In this document: one piece after another, positions 48,946 through 58,817 of the stretch
Layout: each line of letters starts with the position of its first letter
How positions within the stretch are numbered: the stretch's first letter is position 1
NCBI GenBank assembly: GCA_964570275.1
Contig: CAZMXN010000003.1
Location: 33,165 to 97,164 of the forward strand
From: an uncultured Candidatus Saccharibacteria bacterium
GTDB taxonomy: Bacteria; Patescibacteriota; Saccharimonadia; Saccharimonadales; CAZMXN01
Length of the DNA: 64,000 nucleotides
Direction of reading: 5' to 3'
Translations under genes and position numbers: made by a program
Notes under the pieces: generated by a model
Told to the model about the DNA's origin: nothing
What the model saw: the letters and a program-made list of their open reading frames with translations, nothing else
Database searches by the model: none

Positions 48946-49051
48946 TATGCGGTTAATTATACCGGTCCAACGGTTGTTTAGAAAACAATAGCGTTTTTTG
49001 GTGGCTGGCTGTTACACTACGGTTAATGATCTAAGATGAGGAGACAAAAAC

Positions 49052-49996
49052 GTGGCAAACGGCGGCTATCGGGGTAGTTTACTAAAAATGCATAAACCCC
49101 CGGGCGACAAGCCGAGACGCAGCGGCGCCAGCTTCGAAGGCCAGCCGGCCCCGGCGCCTAAGCGACAAATGGGCATGTGGATCGGGCGGATGATTTCCGC
49201 GGCGGTGCCGGAATTTGCCAATCTGGAAAGGTACGTGCGGGAAACGGCCGAGGCTAACGCCGCCTGGCCGGTAGAGGCTGACAGAATGGCCGAAATCCTG
49301 GCCCGGCCCCGAACCGAAACACGCGGCAATTATTACATTGAACCCCGGCAGTTTACCGCCGAATACCTGTCCGGTTCGCTTGGCAGCCTGATCGTAGAGA
49401 GAGAATGCAGTGACTCGAGAGGGAATCTGATCAAGCCGAATGTAGTGAAAAGAAGACTCAGGTCAATATCCGGCCAATACGCCCAGCATATTAAAAAACG
49501 GGGCTTTGACCGCAACCGGCAGGCGCTGGATCAAAGCGGCTTGCTGGTTATACCGGCTGGCGGCGAAAGCCCCTCGCCCGATATGGACCCGGCCACCGCC
49601 CGGCTGCGGATGCACGGCGGTATCTTCGAGGTCAGCCCCAAGCTCCGGCCGTTCGGTGAGGGTAACCGGTTTGGTTTCCGTTTGAGCGGGGTGGCGGTTG
49701 ACTTTCTGCGCCAGGACCGCGATAACGCCGTGGATTTCTTTCTGGACAAGTTGGGTATCAGGCAGCTTGACACCGATCTGGAAGAAATGGTTCATGATAC
49801 CAGCCCGGCTGACATTGAAGTTTTCTACAATGGCATAGACGCTTCCAATCCATATGAGATACAATATCCGCAGTCGAAAGAAGATGGTGCTGGTGGGGTT
49901 TTCCCCGGGAACATGACATTTTTAGACCCGGTAATGAAAGTGGTAGACATTCCAGATGGCGACAGAACAAATAGAGATTTTCTATCGGGTCAGTGA
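49052..49996 (+). CDS. Hypothetical protein (314 aa), first gene of an overlapping two-gene module
   Basis: There is no recognisable motif. The gene has patchy lower-GC segments. Its 3' end overlaps the next ORF by 41 nt in a different frame. Confidence 0.4.
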   Translation: MANGGYRGSLLKMHKPPGDKPRRSGASFEGQPAPAPKRQMGMWIGRMISAAVPEFANLERYVRETAEANAAWPVEADRMAEILARPRTETRGNYYIEPRQFTAEYLSGSLGSLIVERECSDSRGNLIKPNVVKRRLRSISGQYAQHIKKRGFDRNRQALDQSGLLVIPAGGESPSPDMDPATARLRMHGGIFEVSPKLRPFGEGNRFGFRLSGVAVDFLRQDRDNAVDFFLDKLGIRQLDTDLEEMVHDTSPADIEVFYNGIDASNPYEIQYPQSKEDGAGGVFPGNMTFLDPVMKVVDIPDGDRTNRDFLSGQ

Positions 49997-50681
49997 CCCC
50001 GGCGCGGGTGAGTTTCTTGGTATTCTGAATAATCACGTCGAGCGCGAGTTGCCGCGGGTGTCCGTAGGTTCAACGACTGAGATTGGCGTGGCGCTGGACG
50101 AAGAGGGCCGAACCGTCGTAGTGGAAAGGGAGCGGTCGATAGGCCGGACGGCTTTGATGCCGACAGATGCCGACGGCCGCTTCAAAATACATCTGGCGCT
50201 GGTCTCTTCCAGCCGGGAACGGGGGCTGATGCGGGCTTATTCGAACATGACTACTTACCGCCAAAAGCGGGCCCGCGGGGGTGTGGAGCCGGAACCCCTG
50301 GTGCCCTGGGGTATCAAGGGTTTAAAATCCTATCTGGCCGAGAACTACCCGATCAGGGCGCTGACGTTTTCCGATTTCAGGCTGGGCAGTTCAAAACACC
50401 TGGACCGGCCGGTCCTGCTTGAGCTCGATCCGTCGGCCGAATCAACAGAAGCTTTCATTGAGGCTCAGACTGTGGTCATGAGCGCTTTGGCTAAACTGTG
50501 TCACCCTAAAAGAGGCGATATGATCAGAGCAAATTCGTTCTGCAGGCTCGGTACTTTAAATGCCAGAAATACGCCCGAAACAACTCTAAAAGCCTTCGAA
50601 AGCAGGATGCGGTTCTGGCTGGCGGACGAACCGCAGACTTGGGCGGTTAGCGAACCGGAGGTTAGGCACCAGGTCAGCTAG
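49956..50681 (+). CDS. Hypothetical protein (241 aa), second gene of the overlapping module
   Basis: There is no recognisable motif. It begins inside the 3' end of the upstream ORF, in the +1 frame. AT-richer stretches occur near its start and end. Confidence 0.4.
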   Translation: MATEQIEIFYRVSDPGAGEFLGILNNHVERELPRVSVGSTTEIGVALDEEGRTVVVERERSIGRTALMPTDADGRFKIHLALVSSSRERGLMRAYSNMTTYRQKRARGGVEPEPLVPWGIKGLKSYLAENYPIRALTFSDFRLGSSKHLDRPVLLELDPSAESTEAFIEAQTVVMSALAKLCHPKRGDMIRANSFCRLGTLNARNTPETTLKAFESRMRFWLADEPQTWAVSEPEVRHQVS

Positions 50682-50722
50682 CCGACTGGAATCTTTATCT
50701 GTTTTCGTGTATAATTGTTCGC

Positions 50723-53536
50723 TTGATGAACGAGTTTATTTCCGTTAAAGGTGCCCGGGAACACAACCTGAAAGACATCGACGTGGAGATTCCGCGCGGT
50801 AAATTGGTGGTGATTACCGGGTTGTCCGGGTCCGGTAAATCCAGCCTGGCGTTTGATACGATTTATGCCGAAGGCCAGCGCCGCTATGTCGAGTCGCTCA
50901 GCTCCTATGCCCGGCAGTTCCTGGGGCTGATGGAAAAGCCGGATGTTGATCAGATTGACGGGCTGAGCCCGGCCATCAGCATTGATCAGAAATCGACCAG
51001 TCGAAATCCGCGCAGTACGGTGGCAACTGTGACAGAAATCTATGACTATCTGCGCCTGCTGTTCGCCCGGATCGGCGTGCCGCATTGCCCGGTCTGCGGC
51101 CGGGCGGTTGAGCGGCAGACTACCCAGGCCATCGTCGATCAGGTAGCCGAATACCCGGCGGGCGCCCGGCTGATGATACTGGCGCCGGTTGTTATCGACA
51201 AAAAAGGTGCGTTCGAGCACATCCCGGAGCAGTTTCAGCGGGCCGGCTTCGCCCGGGCCCGGGTCGATGGCGTGGTCTATGCCCTGGATGAGTTCCCGGA
51301 GCTAGATAAAAACTACAAACACTCCATTGAAATTGTCGCCGACCGGCTGGTGAATGACGAAGCCTCCCGCGGCCGGCTGGCCCAGAGTGTCGAGCAGGCG
51401 CTGGATCTGGCCGACGGCAAGCTCAAGGTCTGGAACGCCGACGACGACAGCGAGCGGTCGTTCAGCCTGATGTATGCCTGTATCGATCATCCCGACGTGG
51501 CCATTCCCGAGCTGGAGCCGCGGACATTCAGCTTTAACAGCCCGCACGGCGCCTGCCCGGTGTGTACCGGGCTTGGTTCGCGTCTGGAGGTTGATCCGGA
51601 GCTGGTAATTCCGAACGGCCGGCTGACCATCGCCGAAGGCGCTATCCGGCCTTTCAACCGCTTCAACGCCGACGCCTGGTACACTAAGAAAATGCAGGCC
51701 GTGGCCGAGCGTTACGGCTTCTCGCTGCATGTGCCGACCGGTGAGCTGAAGGATGTTGATCTGGAGCGCATCCTGTACGGTACCGGCAATGAAACGTATC
51801 GGATCAAACTCGGTCCGGGCCGCTCGTTTGCCACCACCTACGAAGGGGTCATTCCCAACCTGGAGCGCCGCCACAAGGAGACCGAGAGCGATTTTATGCG
51901 CCGTGACATCGAGCGGTTTATGCAGGAGCGGCCGTGTCACGCCTGCAAGGGCCGCCGCCTCCGGCCGGAGGTTCTGGCCGTGACAGTCGCCGACCGTTCG
52001 ATCATGGATATTTGCGAACTGTCAATCGACGAAGCCAACAAGCTGTTTGGCAGCATCAAGCTGAGCGAAAAAGAGAGTCAGATCGCCAAACAGATTTTCA
52101 AAGAAATCTGCGCCCGGTTGAAGTTTATGCAGGACGTCGGCTTGAATTATCTGAGCCTGGCCCGCAGCGCCGCCACACTGTCCGGCGGTGAAGCTCAGCG
52201 TATCCGCCTGGCCACGCAGATCGGTTCCGGCCTCCAGGGCGTGCTGTATGTTCTGGACGAGCCGTCGATCGGTTTGCACCAGCGCGACAACGAGCGGCTG
52301 ATCAACACGCTAAAACACCTGCGCGACTTAGGCAATACGGTCATGGTGGTCGAGCACGACGAGGACACCATCCGCACGGCCGATTATCTGCTGGATATCG
52401 GACCCGGTGCCGGCGTGCACGGCGGCGAGATCGTTGCCCGGGGCACTCCGGAAGAGGTCGCCAGGGTTGAAGACAGTATCACCGGCCAGTTCCTGCGCGG
52501 CCGGCGTCAAATTGCCGTCCCGAAAAAGCGCCGTTCCGGCAACGGCAAATCGCTGCTCATAAAAGGCGCCCGCGAAAATAACCTTCAGAGCATTGACGTT
52601 GAAATACCGCTGGGCAAAATGGTGGTGGTCAGCGGCGTGTCCGGATCCGGCAAGTCCAGTTTGATCAACGATATTCTGGCCAAAGAGCTGTCGGCCCGGC
52701 TGATGCGCGCCAACATGGTGCCCGGCCGGCATGACGACATCGAAGGCATCGACAATCTTGACAAGGCGATAATCATTGACCAGTCACCGATCGGCCGGAC
52801 GCCGCGGTCCAACCCGGCGACTTACACCGGCCTGTTCACGCCGATCCGCGAACTTTTCGCCAGCATGCCGGAAGCCAAGCTGCGCGGTTATTCGGCCGGC
52901 CGGTTCAGTTTCAACGTCCGCGGCGGCCGCTGTGAAAACTGCGCCGGCGACGGTATTATCAAAATCGAGATGCACTTTCTGCCGGACGTTTACGTGCCGT
53001 GCGAAGTCTGTCACGGCAAGCGCTATAACCGCGAAGCGCTGGAAATCCACTACAAAGGCAGGACCATCAGCGACGTGCTGGCAATGACCTGTGAAAGCGC
53101 GCTGGAGTTCTTCGGCAATATCCCGGCCATCGCCCGCAAGCTGCAAACCCTGGTTGACGTTGGTCTGGGCTATATCACCCTGGGACAGCCGGCAACCACG
53201 CTGTCTGGCGGTGAAGCCCAGCGCATCAAGCTGGCTACCGAACTGTCGCGGCGCTCGACCGGCCGGACATTGTACATCCTGGACGAGCCGACGACCGGTC
53301 TGCACATTGCCGACGTCGATAAGCTGCTCGGCGTGCTGCACGCCCTGGTCGACACCGGCAACAGCATGGTGATTATTGAGCACAATCTGGACGTTATAAA
53401 ATCGGCCGACCATGTGATTGACATGGGTCCGGAGGGCGGCAGCGGTGGCGGCAAAGTCATCGCTACCGGTTCGCCGGAGCAAATCGCTAAAAACGCCAAC
53501 TCCTACACCGGCCGGTTCTTAAAGAAAATCATCTAA
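50723..53536 (+). CDS. uvrA: Excinuclease ABC subunit A (UvrA)
   Basis: There are two ABC ATPase modules: [12 protein letters not shown]...[12 protein letters not shown]...[12 protein letters not shown] and [12 protein letters not shown]...[12 protein letters not shown]...[12 protein letters not shown]. Zinc-finger Cys clusters ([20 protein letters not shown]...CEVCHGKR) are present. Length is 937 aa. Confidence 0.95.
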   Translation: MMNEFISVKGAREHNLKDIDVEIPRGKLVVITGLSGSGKSSLAFDTIYAEGQRRYVESLSSYARQFLGLMEKPDVDQIDGLSPAISIDQKSTSRNPRSTVATVTEIYDYLRLLFARIGVPHCPVCGRAVERQTTQAIVDQVAEYPAGARLMILAPVVIDKKGAFEHIPEQFQRAGFARARVDGVVYALDEFPELDKNYKHSIEIVADRLVNDEASRGRLAQSVEQALDLADGKLKVWNADDDSERSFSLMYACIDHPDVAIPELEPRTFSFNSPHGACPVCTGLGSRLEVDPELVIPNGRLTIAEGAIRPFNRFNADAWYTKKMQAVAERYGFSLHVPTGELKDVDLERILYGTGNETYRIKLGPGRSFATTYEGVIPNLERRHKETESDFMRRDIERFMQERPCHACKGRRLRPEVLAVTVADRSIMDICELSIDEANKLFGSIKLSEKESQIAKQIFKEICARLKFMQDVGLNYLSLARSAATLSGGEAQRIRLATQIGSGLQGVLYVLDEPSIGLHQRDNERLINTLKHLRDLGNTVMVVEHDEDTIRTADYLLDIGPGAGVHGGEIVARGTPEEVARVEDSITGQFLRGRRQIAVPKKRRSGNGKSLLIKGARENNLQSIDVEIPLGKMVVVSGVSGSGKSSLINDILAKELSARLMRANMVPGRHDDIEGIDNLDKAIIIDQSPIGRTPRSNPATYTGLFTPIRELFASMPEAKLRGYSAGRFSFNVRGGRCENCAGDGIIKIEMHFLPDVYVPCEVCHGKRYNREALEIHYKGRTISDVLAMTCESALEFFGNIPAIARKLQTLVDVGLGYITLGQPATTLSGGEAQRIKLATELSRRSTGRTLYILDEPTTGLHIADVDKLLGVLHALVDTGNSMVIIEHNLDVIKSADHVIDMGPEGGSGGGKVIATGSPEQIAKNANSYTGRFLKKII

Positions 53537-53538
53537 TC

Positions 53539-53775
53539 ATGAAATCACCGGAGGCGGCCGACAACCGGGCACTGGTCAGCGTTTTGCTGGCCGAGGCTGA
53601 GAACCTGGCCGGCATTGTCATTAGTGGTGAAGAGCCCTGCTATCCGGAGCCGGACCAATGGGACTACGCCGACATGCTGGAGGTCTGCCTGAGCGAGGTG
53701 AGTCAGCTGATCGGACCGGTTGCCACGGCCGAGTTCTGGGACCGGCTGGTTGATAAACTGGAGCCTAAAAGCTAA
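53539..53775 (+). CDS. Small acidic hypothetical protein (78 aa)
   Basis: It is tightly linked to uvrA, 2 nt after its stop. Composition is coding-like and no motif is present. Confidence 0.35.
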   Translation: MKSPEAADNRALVSVLLAEAENLAGIVISGEEPCYPEPDQWDYADMLEVCLSEVSQLIGPVATAEFWDRLVDKLEPKS

Positions 53776-54458
53776 TCCACCCGTTTGTTGAGGAAGACGT
53801 TTCTCAGCCCGAAGCGCAGCTTTTTCAGCAGAATCCGCCGGTTGTCTGCGTCGCGCAGGATGTGCGCTGTCGAGCCGACGATGCTGAGCAGTACGATACC
53901 TAAGATGACCGGCGTGATATATTCTTCGACCCACGGAACTTTGCTGCCGAACCAATAACCGGCCAGCGTGACGCCGCCGCCCCACAGGAAGCCGCCGAAA
54001 ACATTGAAGAACATGAACCGGCCGCGGGGCATTTTGCCGATGCCGGCGACCATTGGTGCGAAGGTGCGGACGATGGGTATGAACCGGGCCAGGATGATGG
54101 TTTTACCGCCATGGGCTTTATAAAAACTCTCGGCTTTTTCGATGTGCTCGTGCTTGAACAGGATACTGTCCTTGCGGCGGAAAATCCGCGGGCCGGCTCT
54201 ACGGCCGATACTGTAGCCGACGTTGTCGCCGACAATCGCCGCCGTAATGACGATAAACAGCAGCCAGCCAAGCGGCAGCGTGCCTTGCGAGGCCAGGATG
54301 CCGGCACCGAATAGCAGCGTGTCGCCCGGCAAAAAGAACCCGATCAGCAGGCCGGATTCGGCGAAGACCGTAGCGCCGATGGCAATGAGACCGCCGCCTA
54401 AGATCGCTTTGTCGATGCTTATCATGCCGCTTAATCTTACCGCGGCACTACGCTTCAA
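53772..54458 (-). CDS. DedA/SNARE-associated (VTT-domain) membrane protein
   Basis: The DedA family motif is LIGFFLPGDTLLFGAGILASQG, followed by ...GRFIPIVRTFAPMVAGIGKM.... Length is 228 aa with multiple TM segments. Confidence 0.8.
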   Translation of the reverse strand: MKRSAAVRLSGMISIDKAILGGGLIAIGATVFAESGLLIGFFLPGDTLLFGAGILASQGTLPLGWLLFIVITAAIVGDNVGYSIGRRAGPRIFRRKDSILFKHEHIEKAESFYKAHGGKTIILARFIPIVRTFAPMVAGIGKMPRGRFMFFNVFGGFLWGGGVTLAGYWFGSKVPWVEEYITPVILGIVLLSIVGSTAHILRDADNRRILLKKLRFGLRNVFLNKRVD

Positions 54459-54522
54459 GTCCAGCTTCCCCGGAAAACATGGTACAATATGGGTCTATAA
54501 ACGACATTTGGAGGTATTGCTT

Positions 54523-55218
54523 GTGAGTAACGATTCGGTTGTGGTGGCCTTAAAGGAGCGCGATGTTTTGGGTAAAGCGGTGCGCGGCTTGCGCCGTCAG
54601 GGCGTGGTTCCGGCCGTCATTCATGACCACGGCAAGCCGTCGATTCACGTCATGGCGCCTTACTCGGAGCTGATTAAAGCTTACGAAGCGGCCGGCAAAC
54701 ACCAGCCGGTTGAGCTGAAGGTCGGCAATAAAAAGCACCTGGCTATGATCAAGGACGTCGACTTTGAGCCGACCAAACGCCAGCTGCGCCATGTCGTTTT
54801 TAACGCCATCAACCAAGATGAGAAAGTGGAAACCGATATCGCCATCGTGCTGGCAGAAGCCGAGATCCCGGCTGAAAAGGCCGGCCTGATGGTGCTGACC
54901 CAGCTCACCGAAGTGGCCGTGGAGGCCCTGCCGAATGATTTGCCGGAAGAATTCGTGGTCGATCCCAGCGGCCTGACGGAAGTCGGCGACAAGCTGACCG
55001 TGGCCGATTTAAAGGTGCCCGAGGGCGTGACGGTACTGACCGAACCGGAACAGACCATTGCTTATGTGGAGATGCCGAAAGACCAGATAGCCGAAGCTGA
55101 CGCTGCCGCCGCCGACCTGGCGGCCGATGCGGCCAAGGACGGCGTGGACGTCGAGGCGACAGAAGAAAAGCAGCCATCAGCCGAAGACGAAGCGACCGAA
55201 GCGAAGGAAGAAGAGTAG
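54523..55218 (+). CDS. rplY: 50S ribosomal protein L25 (general stress protein Ctc form)
   Basis: VVVALKERDVLGKAVRGLRRQGVVPAVIHDHGKPSIHVMAP is the L25/Ctc N-terminal beta-barrel. A Ctc-type acidic C-terminal extension is present. The start is assigned to the GTG at 54523, 7 nt after a GGAGG. The track ORF extends upstream to 54223. Confidence 0.8.
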   Translation: MSNDSVVVALKERDVLGKAVRGLRRQGVVPAVIHDHGKPSIHVMAPYSELIKAYEAAGKHQPVELKVGNKKHLAMIKDVDFEPTKRQLRHVVFNAINQDEKVETDIAIVLAEAEIPAEKAGLMVLTQLTEVAVEALPNDLPEEFVVDPSGLTEVGDKLTVADLKVPEGVTVLTEPEQTIAYVEMPKDQIAEADAAAADLAADAAKDGVDVEATEEKQPSAEDEATEAKEEE

Positions 55219-55279
55219 GCACTCCTGCTGGAGATTTTTGTGGCTGCTCCTTGCGCCTTGTCCGGAGCGTGCCAGCTGC

Positions 55280-57064
55280 CTATTCTTCCAAAAATCCGCC
55301 GGATTGGCGTTGCCAGAGTTTGGCGTAAACGCCGCCGGCCCGGGTTAGTTCGCGGTGGCTGCCCTGTTCGACGATTTTGCCATTGTCCATAACCAGGATG
55401 CGGTCCATTTTCTGGATGGTGCTAAGCCGATGGGCGATGACGATAGCGGTGCGGCCTTCCATTAACTTCCAAAGCGCATCCTGAATCAAGGTTTCACTTT
55501 CTGAATCAAGCGCGCTGGTCGCTTCATCGAGCACCAGAATCGGCGCATTCTTGAGCATGGCCCGGGCGATGGCGACACGCTGACGCTGGCCGCCGGACAG
55601 TTTGATCCCGCGCTCGCCGACAATCGTATCGTAGCCATCGGGCAAGCCCTCAATAAACTCGGCGGCGTTGGCCTGACGGGCGACGGCCCGGACTTCCCGG
55701 TCAGTCGCGTCAACGATGCTGTAGCCGATGTTTTCGGCAATTGAGCGATGAAACAGCAACGGCTCCTGTGGTACGTAAGCAATAGAGCTTCTTAAGTCAC
55801 TCTGTGCCAGCGAGGCGATATTCTGGCCGTCAATCAGGATGGCGCCGCTGTCCAGATCGGAGAAACGCAGCAGCAAACGGGTCAGCGTGGTTTTGCCGGA
55901 GCCGGAGTGCCCGACCAGACCGACTTTCTCACCGGGTTTGATGCGCAGATCCAGGTTCTTAAAAATTGCTTCGGTGGCGTCTTTGTGCTTGAAGCTGACG
56001 CCTGCAAAACGAATGTCGCCGCGGCTGATTCTGAGCGCCTCGGGTCTGGCCGGATCCTTAATTTCAATCGGCTGGCTGAGTATTCTTACCATATCATTGG
56101 CGTCGCCAATGGCGCGGTTATAGCCGCGCAAAGCCTGGTTGCTGAAATTAAACAGCTGGTTGACGATGACTGCCGTGTAGTTGAATATCAGGAAAACCGT
56201 AGCCAGATTGGCACCAAAACTCACCACACTGATAACCGCGAGCGCCAGCGATGCGGCCGAGATGGTACCGCTGGCGCCGCTGAAATACAGCATTTGCTTC
56301 TGGTGGGCGCGCATGACTTTCTTAAGTTCGTGGTGGGTCCGGCTGGTGACAGCGCGGAACGCCTGTCTTTCGCGGGCTTCGGCGGCGAAGCTCTTAATGG
56401 TCATGGCGTTAGTTATGGCGTCAGCCAGGTAGCCGGTCTGGGCACTCTCGATGGCAGCGTGCCGGCTGCCGGCTTGCCGCACCGGTGCCGAGGCCTTGAA
56501 CGAAACGTAGACATAGGCGATTGACAAAACAATCAGCCCGACTACGAACCAGGGCGCCCGCGGCCACAAAATTACCGAAGTAATAACTATGCCCAAAACC
56601 AGAGGAACTGTGCCGAAGAAAGTGATATCGGCAATGCGCACGTAAGAGCTGAGCAGCTTGGTGGTTTGTGAAACCAGCGAGCCGGAAAAATTATCGGCAA
56701 AGAAGTCAGCGCCGCGGCTCATTAAGTGGTTAAAGACTTTACGGGCCAGGTCGCGCTGGACCCGGCCTTCAAGCGTCCAGACGAAAACATCAACCAGCCG
56801 CCAGAAAACCAGCCCGCCGGTAAGGGTCAGCGCGGCGTAGACAATAATTTCCGGACCGAAGCTCTGCCAGGGTTCGCCGGGCACATAATCACCGGCGCTC
56901 AGGCGCTCCAGAACTCTGGCCAACACCAAAGGGGGCAGGAAAGTGTTAACCAGCACGGTCAGCGGCAAAACCAGGAATGCCCCGATCAGAGGAATCGGGT
57001 AGGCTTTGGCCTGTCGCCAGTAAAAGGCGAAGATCTGCTTGGCGTTTTGCGGTTTGGTCTTCAT
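55280..57064 (-). CDS. ABC transporter, fused permease/ATP-binding exporter (MsbA/type I exporter-like)
   Basis: Six TM helices are followed by an NBD. Walker A is GHSGSGKTT. The ABC signature is LSGGQRQRVAIARA. Walker B is ILVLDEATSALD. The H-loop is AHRLST. Confidence 0.85.
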   Translation of the reverse strand: MKTKPQNAKQIFAFYWRQAKAYPIPLIGAFLVLPLTVLVNTFLPPLVLARVLERLSAGDYVPGEPWQSFGPEIIVYAALTLTGGLVFWRLVDVFVWTLEGRVQRDLARKVFNHLMSRGADFFADNFSGSLVSQTTKLLSSYVRIADITFFGTVPLVLGIVITSVILWPRAPWFVVGLIVLSIAYVYVSFKASAPVRQAGSRHAAIESAQTGYLADAITNAMTIKSFAAEARERQAFRAVTSRTHHELKKVMRAHQKQMLYFSGASGTISAASLALAVISVVSFGANLATVFLIFNYTAVIVNQLFNFSNQALRGYNRAIGDANDMVRILSQPIEIKDPARPEALRISRGDIRFAGVSFKHKDATEAIFKNLDLRIKPGEKVGLVGHSGSGKTTLTRLLLRFSDLDSGAILIDGQNIASLAQSDLRSSIAYVPQEPLLFHRSIAENIGYSIVDATDREVRAVARQANAAEFIEGLPDGYDTIVGERGIKLSGGQRQRVAIARAMLKNAPILVLDEATSALDSESETLIQDALWKLMEGRTAIVIAHRLSTIQKMDRILVMDNGKIVEQGSHRELTRAGGVYAKLWQRQSGGFLEE

Positions 57065-57217
57065 TAGGACAGCGGTCTCCGTTGGCCGCGTTCGATCGGG
57101 TTATTAATTATTTTTTAGGGTGTTGGTTTTACTGGCTAACGAGCTGTCGGGTAATAGCCAGCCATACCTTTTAGCGAGGTGATCTCTCTCATTTTTGCCG
57201 GCCTTTCCCTTAGATTT

Positions 57218-57282
57218 GTGATAATTGCAACAATTATATCACTGTTGTCAAACGCTGACCAGTTTCTGTTAGAATATAGTCG
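57218..57282 (+). promoter_or_regulatory. Operator-like inverted repeat plus sigma70-like promoter upstream of trhO
   Basis: The IR is GTGATAATTG-CAA-CAATTATATCAC at 57218-57242. It is immediately followed by TTGTCA, a 19-nt spacer, then TAGAAT (or TATAGT), ending at the ATG at 57283. It lies in the divergent region shared with the ABC exporter. Confidence 0.3.
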
Positions 57283-58176
57283 ATGCAAAAAATTATCCTG
57301 TATTACAAGTTTGTGCCGGTGAAGGACCCGGAGATGACCAGACTCTGGCAATTGGAGCTTTGTAAAAATCTTGGCTTAAAGGGCCGGATTATTGTTAGTC
57401 GGCACGGCATTAACGGTACGCTTGGCGGACCGCTTAAAGCCCTGCGCGCTTACAAAAGCGCCATGAACCAGACCGCCGTGTTCAAAGGTATAAATTATAA
57501 GTGGAGCGACGGCGGCGCGGACGATTTTCCCAAACTAAGTGTCAAGGTCCGGCCGGAAATCGTCACCTTTAAGGCGGCTGATGAGCTGCAGGTTGACGAG
57601 ACCGGCGTGGTAGGCGGCGGCAAGCATCTGAAGCCCGAGGAAGTCCACCGCCTGCTTAAGGAGCGCGGCGATGAAGTGGTCTTTTTTGACGGACGGAACA
57701 AGTATGAGGCCGAGATCGGCAAGTTCAAGGACGCTGTCGTGCCGGACATTGAAACGTCACGGGATTTTATAGAAGAAATTGAAGACCCGAAATATGATGC
57801 CATCAAGGACAAGCCGATCGTCACCTACTGCACCGGCGGTATTCGCTGCGAAATCCTCAGCGCGCTCATGATAAAGCGCGGTTTCAAGGAGGTTTATCAG
57901 ATCGACGGCGGCATTGTAAAGTACGGCGAAAAATTCGGTGACGACGGGATGTGGGAAGGCAAGCTGCACGTCTTTGACGGCCGGATGAAAGTGCAGTTCA
58001 GCGACCAGGCCCGGGACATCGGCCGCTGTACCCACTGCGAAGGTTCAACCAGTAATTACTTAAATTGCGCCAACGCGCAGTGCAATAAGCTGGTGCTGGT
58101 TTGTGAGAGTTGTGCCGGGCGCGATTTCTGCCAGGCCTGCGTGACTGCCCGACCGGCCGCTTCCGCTGCCGCCTAA
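57283..58176 (+). CDS. trhO: Rhodanese-domain tRNA uridine(34) hydroxylase TrhO (YceA/UPF0176)
   Basis: MQKIILYYKFVPV is the YceA N-terminus. The rhodanese active-site loop YCTGGIRCE is present, along with the VFDGRMKV motif. The C-terminal Cys cluster CTHCEGS...CANAQC...CESCAG resembles that of E. coli YceA. Confidence 0.75.
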   Translation: MQKIILYYKFVPVKDPEMTRLWQLELCKNLGLKGRIIVSRHGINGTLGGPLKALRAYKSAMNQTAVFKGINYKWSDGGADDFPKLSVKVRPEIVTFKAADELQVDETGVVGGGKHLKPEEVHRLLKERGDEVVFFDGRNKYEAEIGKFKDAVVPDIETSRDFIEEIEDPKYDAIKDKPIVTYCTGGIRCEILSALMIKRGFKEVYQIDGGIVKYGEKFGDDGMWEGKLHVFDGRMKVQFSDQARDIGRCTHCEGSTSNYLNCANAQCNKLVLVCESCAGRDFCQACVTARPAASAAA

Positions 58177-58274
58177 GCGTGGGGGGCGCGACCAGCACGG
58201 TTTGTGGCGCCCGCTGCTTATGCCTGCGGCCGGTGTTCTTCCACTTAGCCGACAGTACAGATACAATTAGGGGT

Positions 58275-58817
58275 ATGAAGAAACTGAAACGCGCGGCTGA
58301 CACGCCCGACTATGTGCCGGACTACATGGCGAAGTCCCTGCTCGACGTGGATTTTGAAGCGCTTCGGGCGGCCGGGATCAAGTACGTGGCTTTTGACGCC
58401 GACTCTACGCTGGTGCACTTTCGCGGCCGGGTGTTGTCGGCTGAAACGAAGCTGTTTTTAAGGTCAAAACGCGGGCTTTTCTCGGGCTGGTGTATAGCCA
58501 GCAACCGGCTGACCAACGATCTGGTGCCGCTGGCCGAGAGCATGGACGCCCAGGTTATCCGGGCCAGTTTGTGGACGCGCAAACCGGGCCGCCGGTTTTT
58601 CGCGAAAGTCCTACAGTACCTCGGCGGCAAGCCGGCCGAAACAGCTATGATTGGCGACAAGCTGATTGCCGATATGTGGGGCGGCAAGCGGGCCGGCCTG
58701 GTGACGGTCTGGGTCGAAAAGATCGGACCGGACAGCCCGTGGGACAGATTGCTGGGGGTTAGGCGGCGCGAGAAGCGGCTGATGAGACGGCACGCTTTAG
58801 GCGAGGAGCAGGTATGA
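58275..58817 (+). CDS. HAD-superfamily phosphatase (YqeG/subfamily IIIA-like)
   Basis: VAFDADSTLV is HAD motif I (DxD). The MIGDKLIADMWGGKRAG segment fits motif IV. The start is refined to the ATG at 58275, within the longer track ORF that begins at 58110. Confidence 0.6.
   Translation: MKKLKRAADTPDYVPDYMAKSLLDVDFEALRAAGIKYVAFDADSTLVHFRGRVLSAETKLFLRSKRGLFSGWCIASNRLTNDLVPLAESMDAQVIRASLWTRKPGRRFFAKVLQYLGGKPAETAMIGDKLIADMWGGKRAGLVTVWVEKIGPDSPWDRLLGVRRREKRLMRRHALGEEQV

Noticed and set aside
54223-54522. Upstream 100 codons of the track ORF containing rplY
   Set aside because: The upstream part is antisense to the DedA gene and is Pro/Ala/Ser-rich junk. The L25 homology begins at the GTG at 54523, which has a proper GGAGG Shine-Dalgarno.
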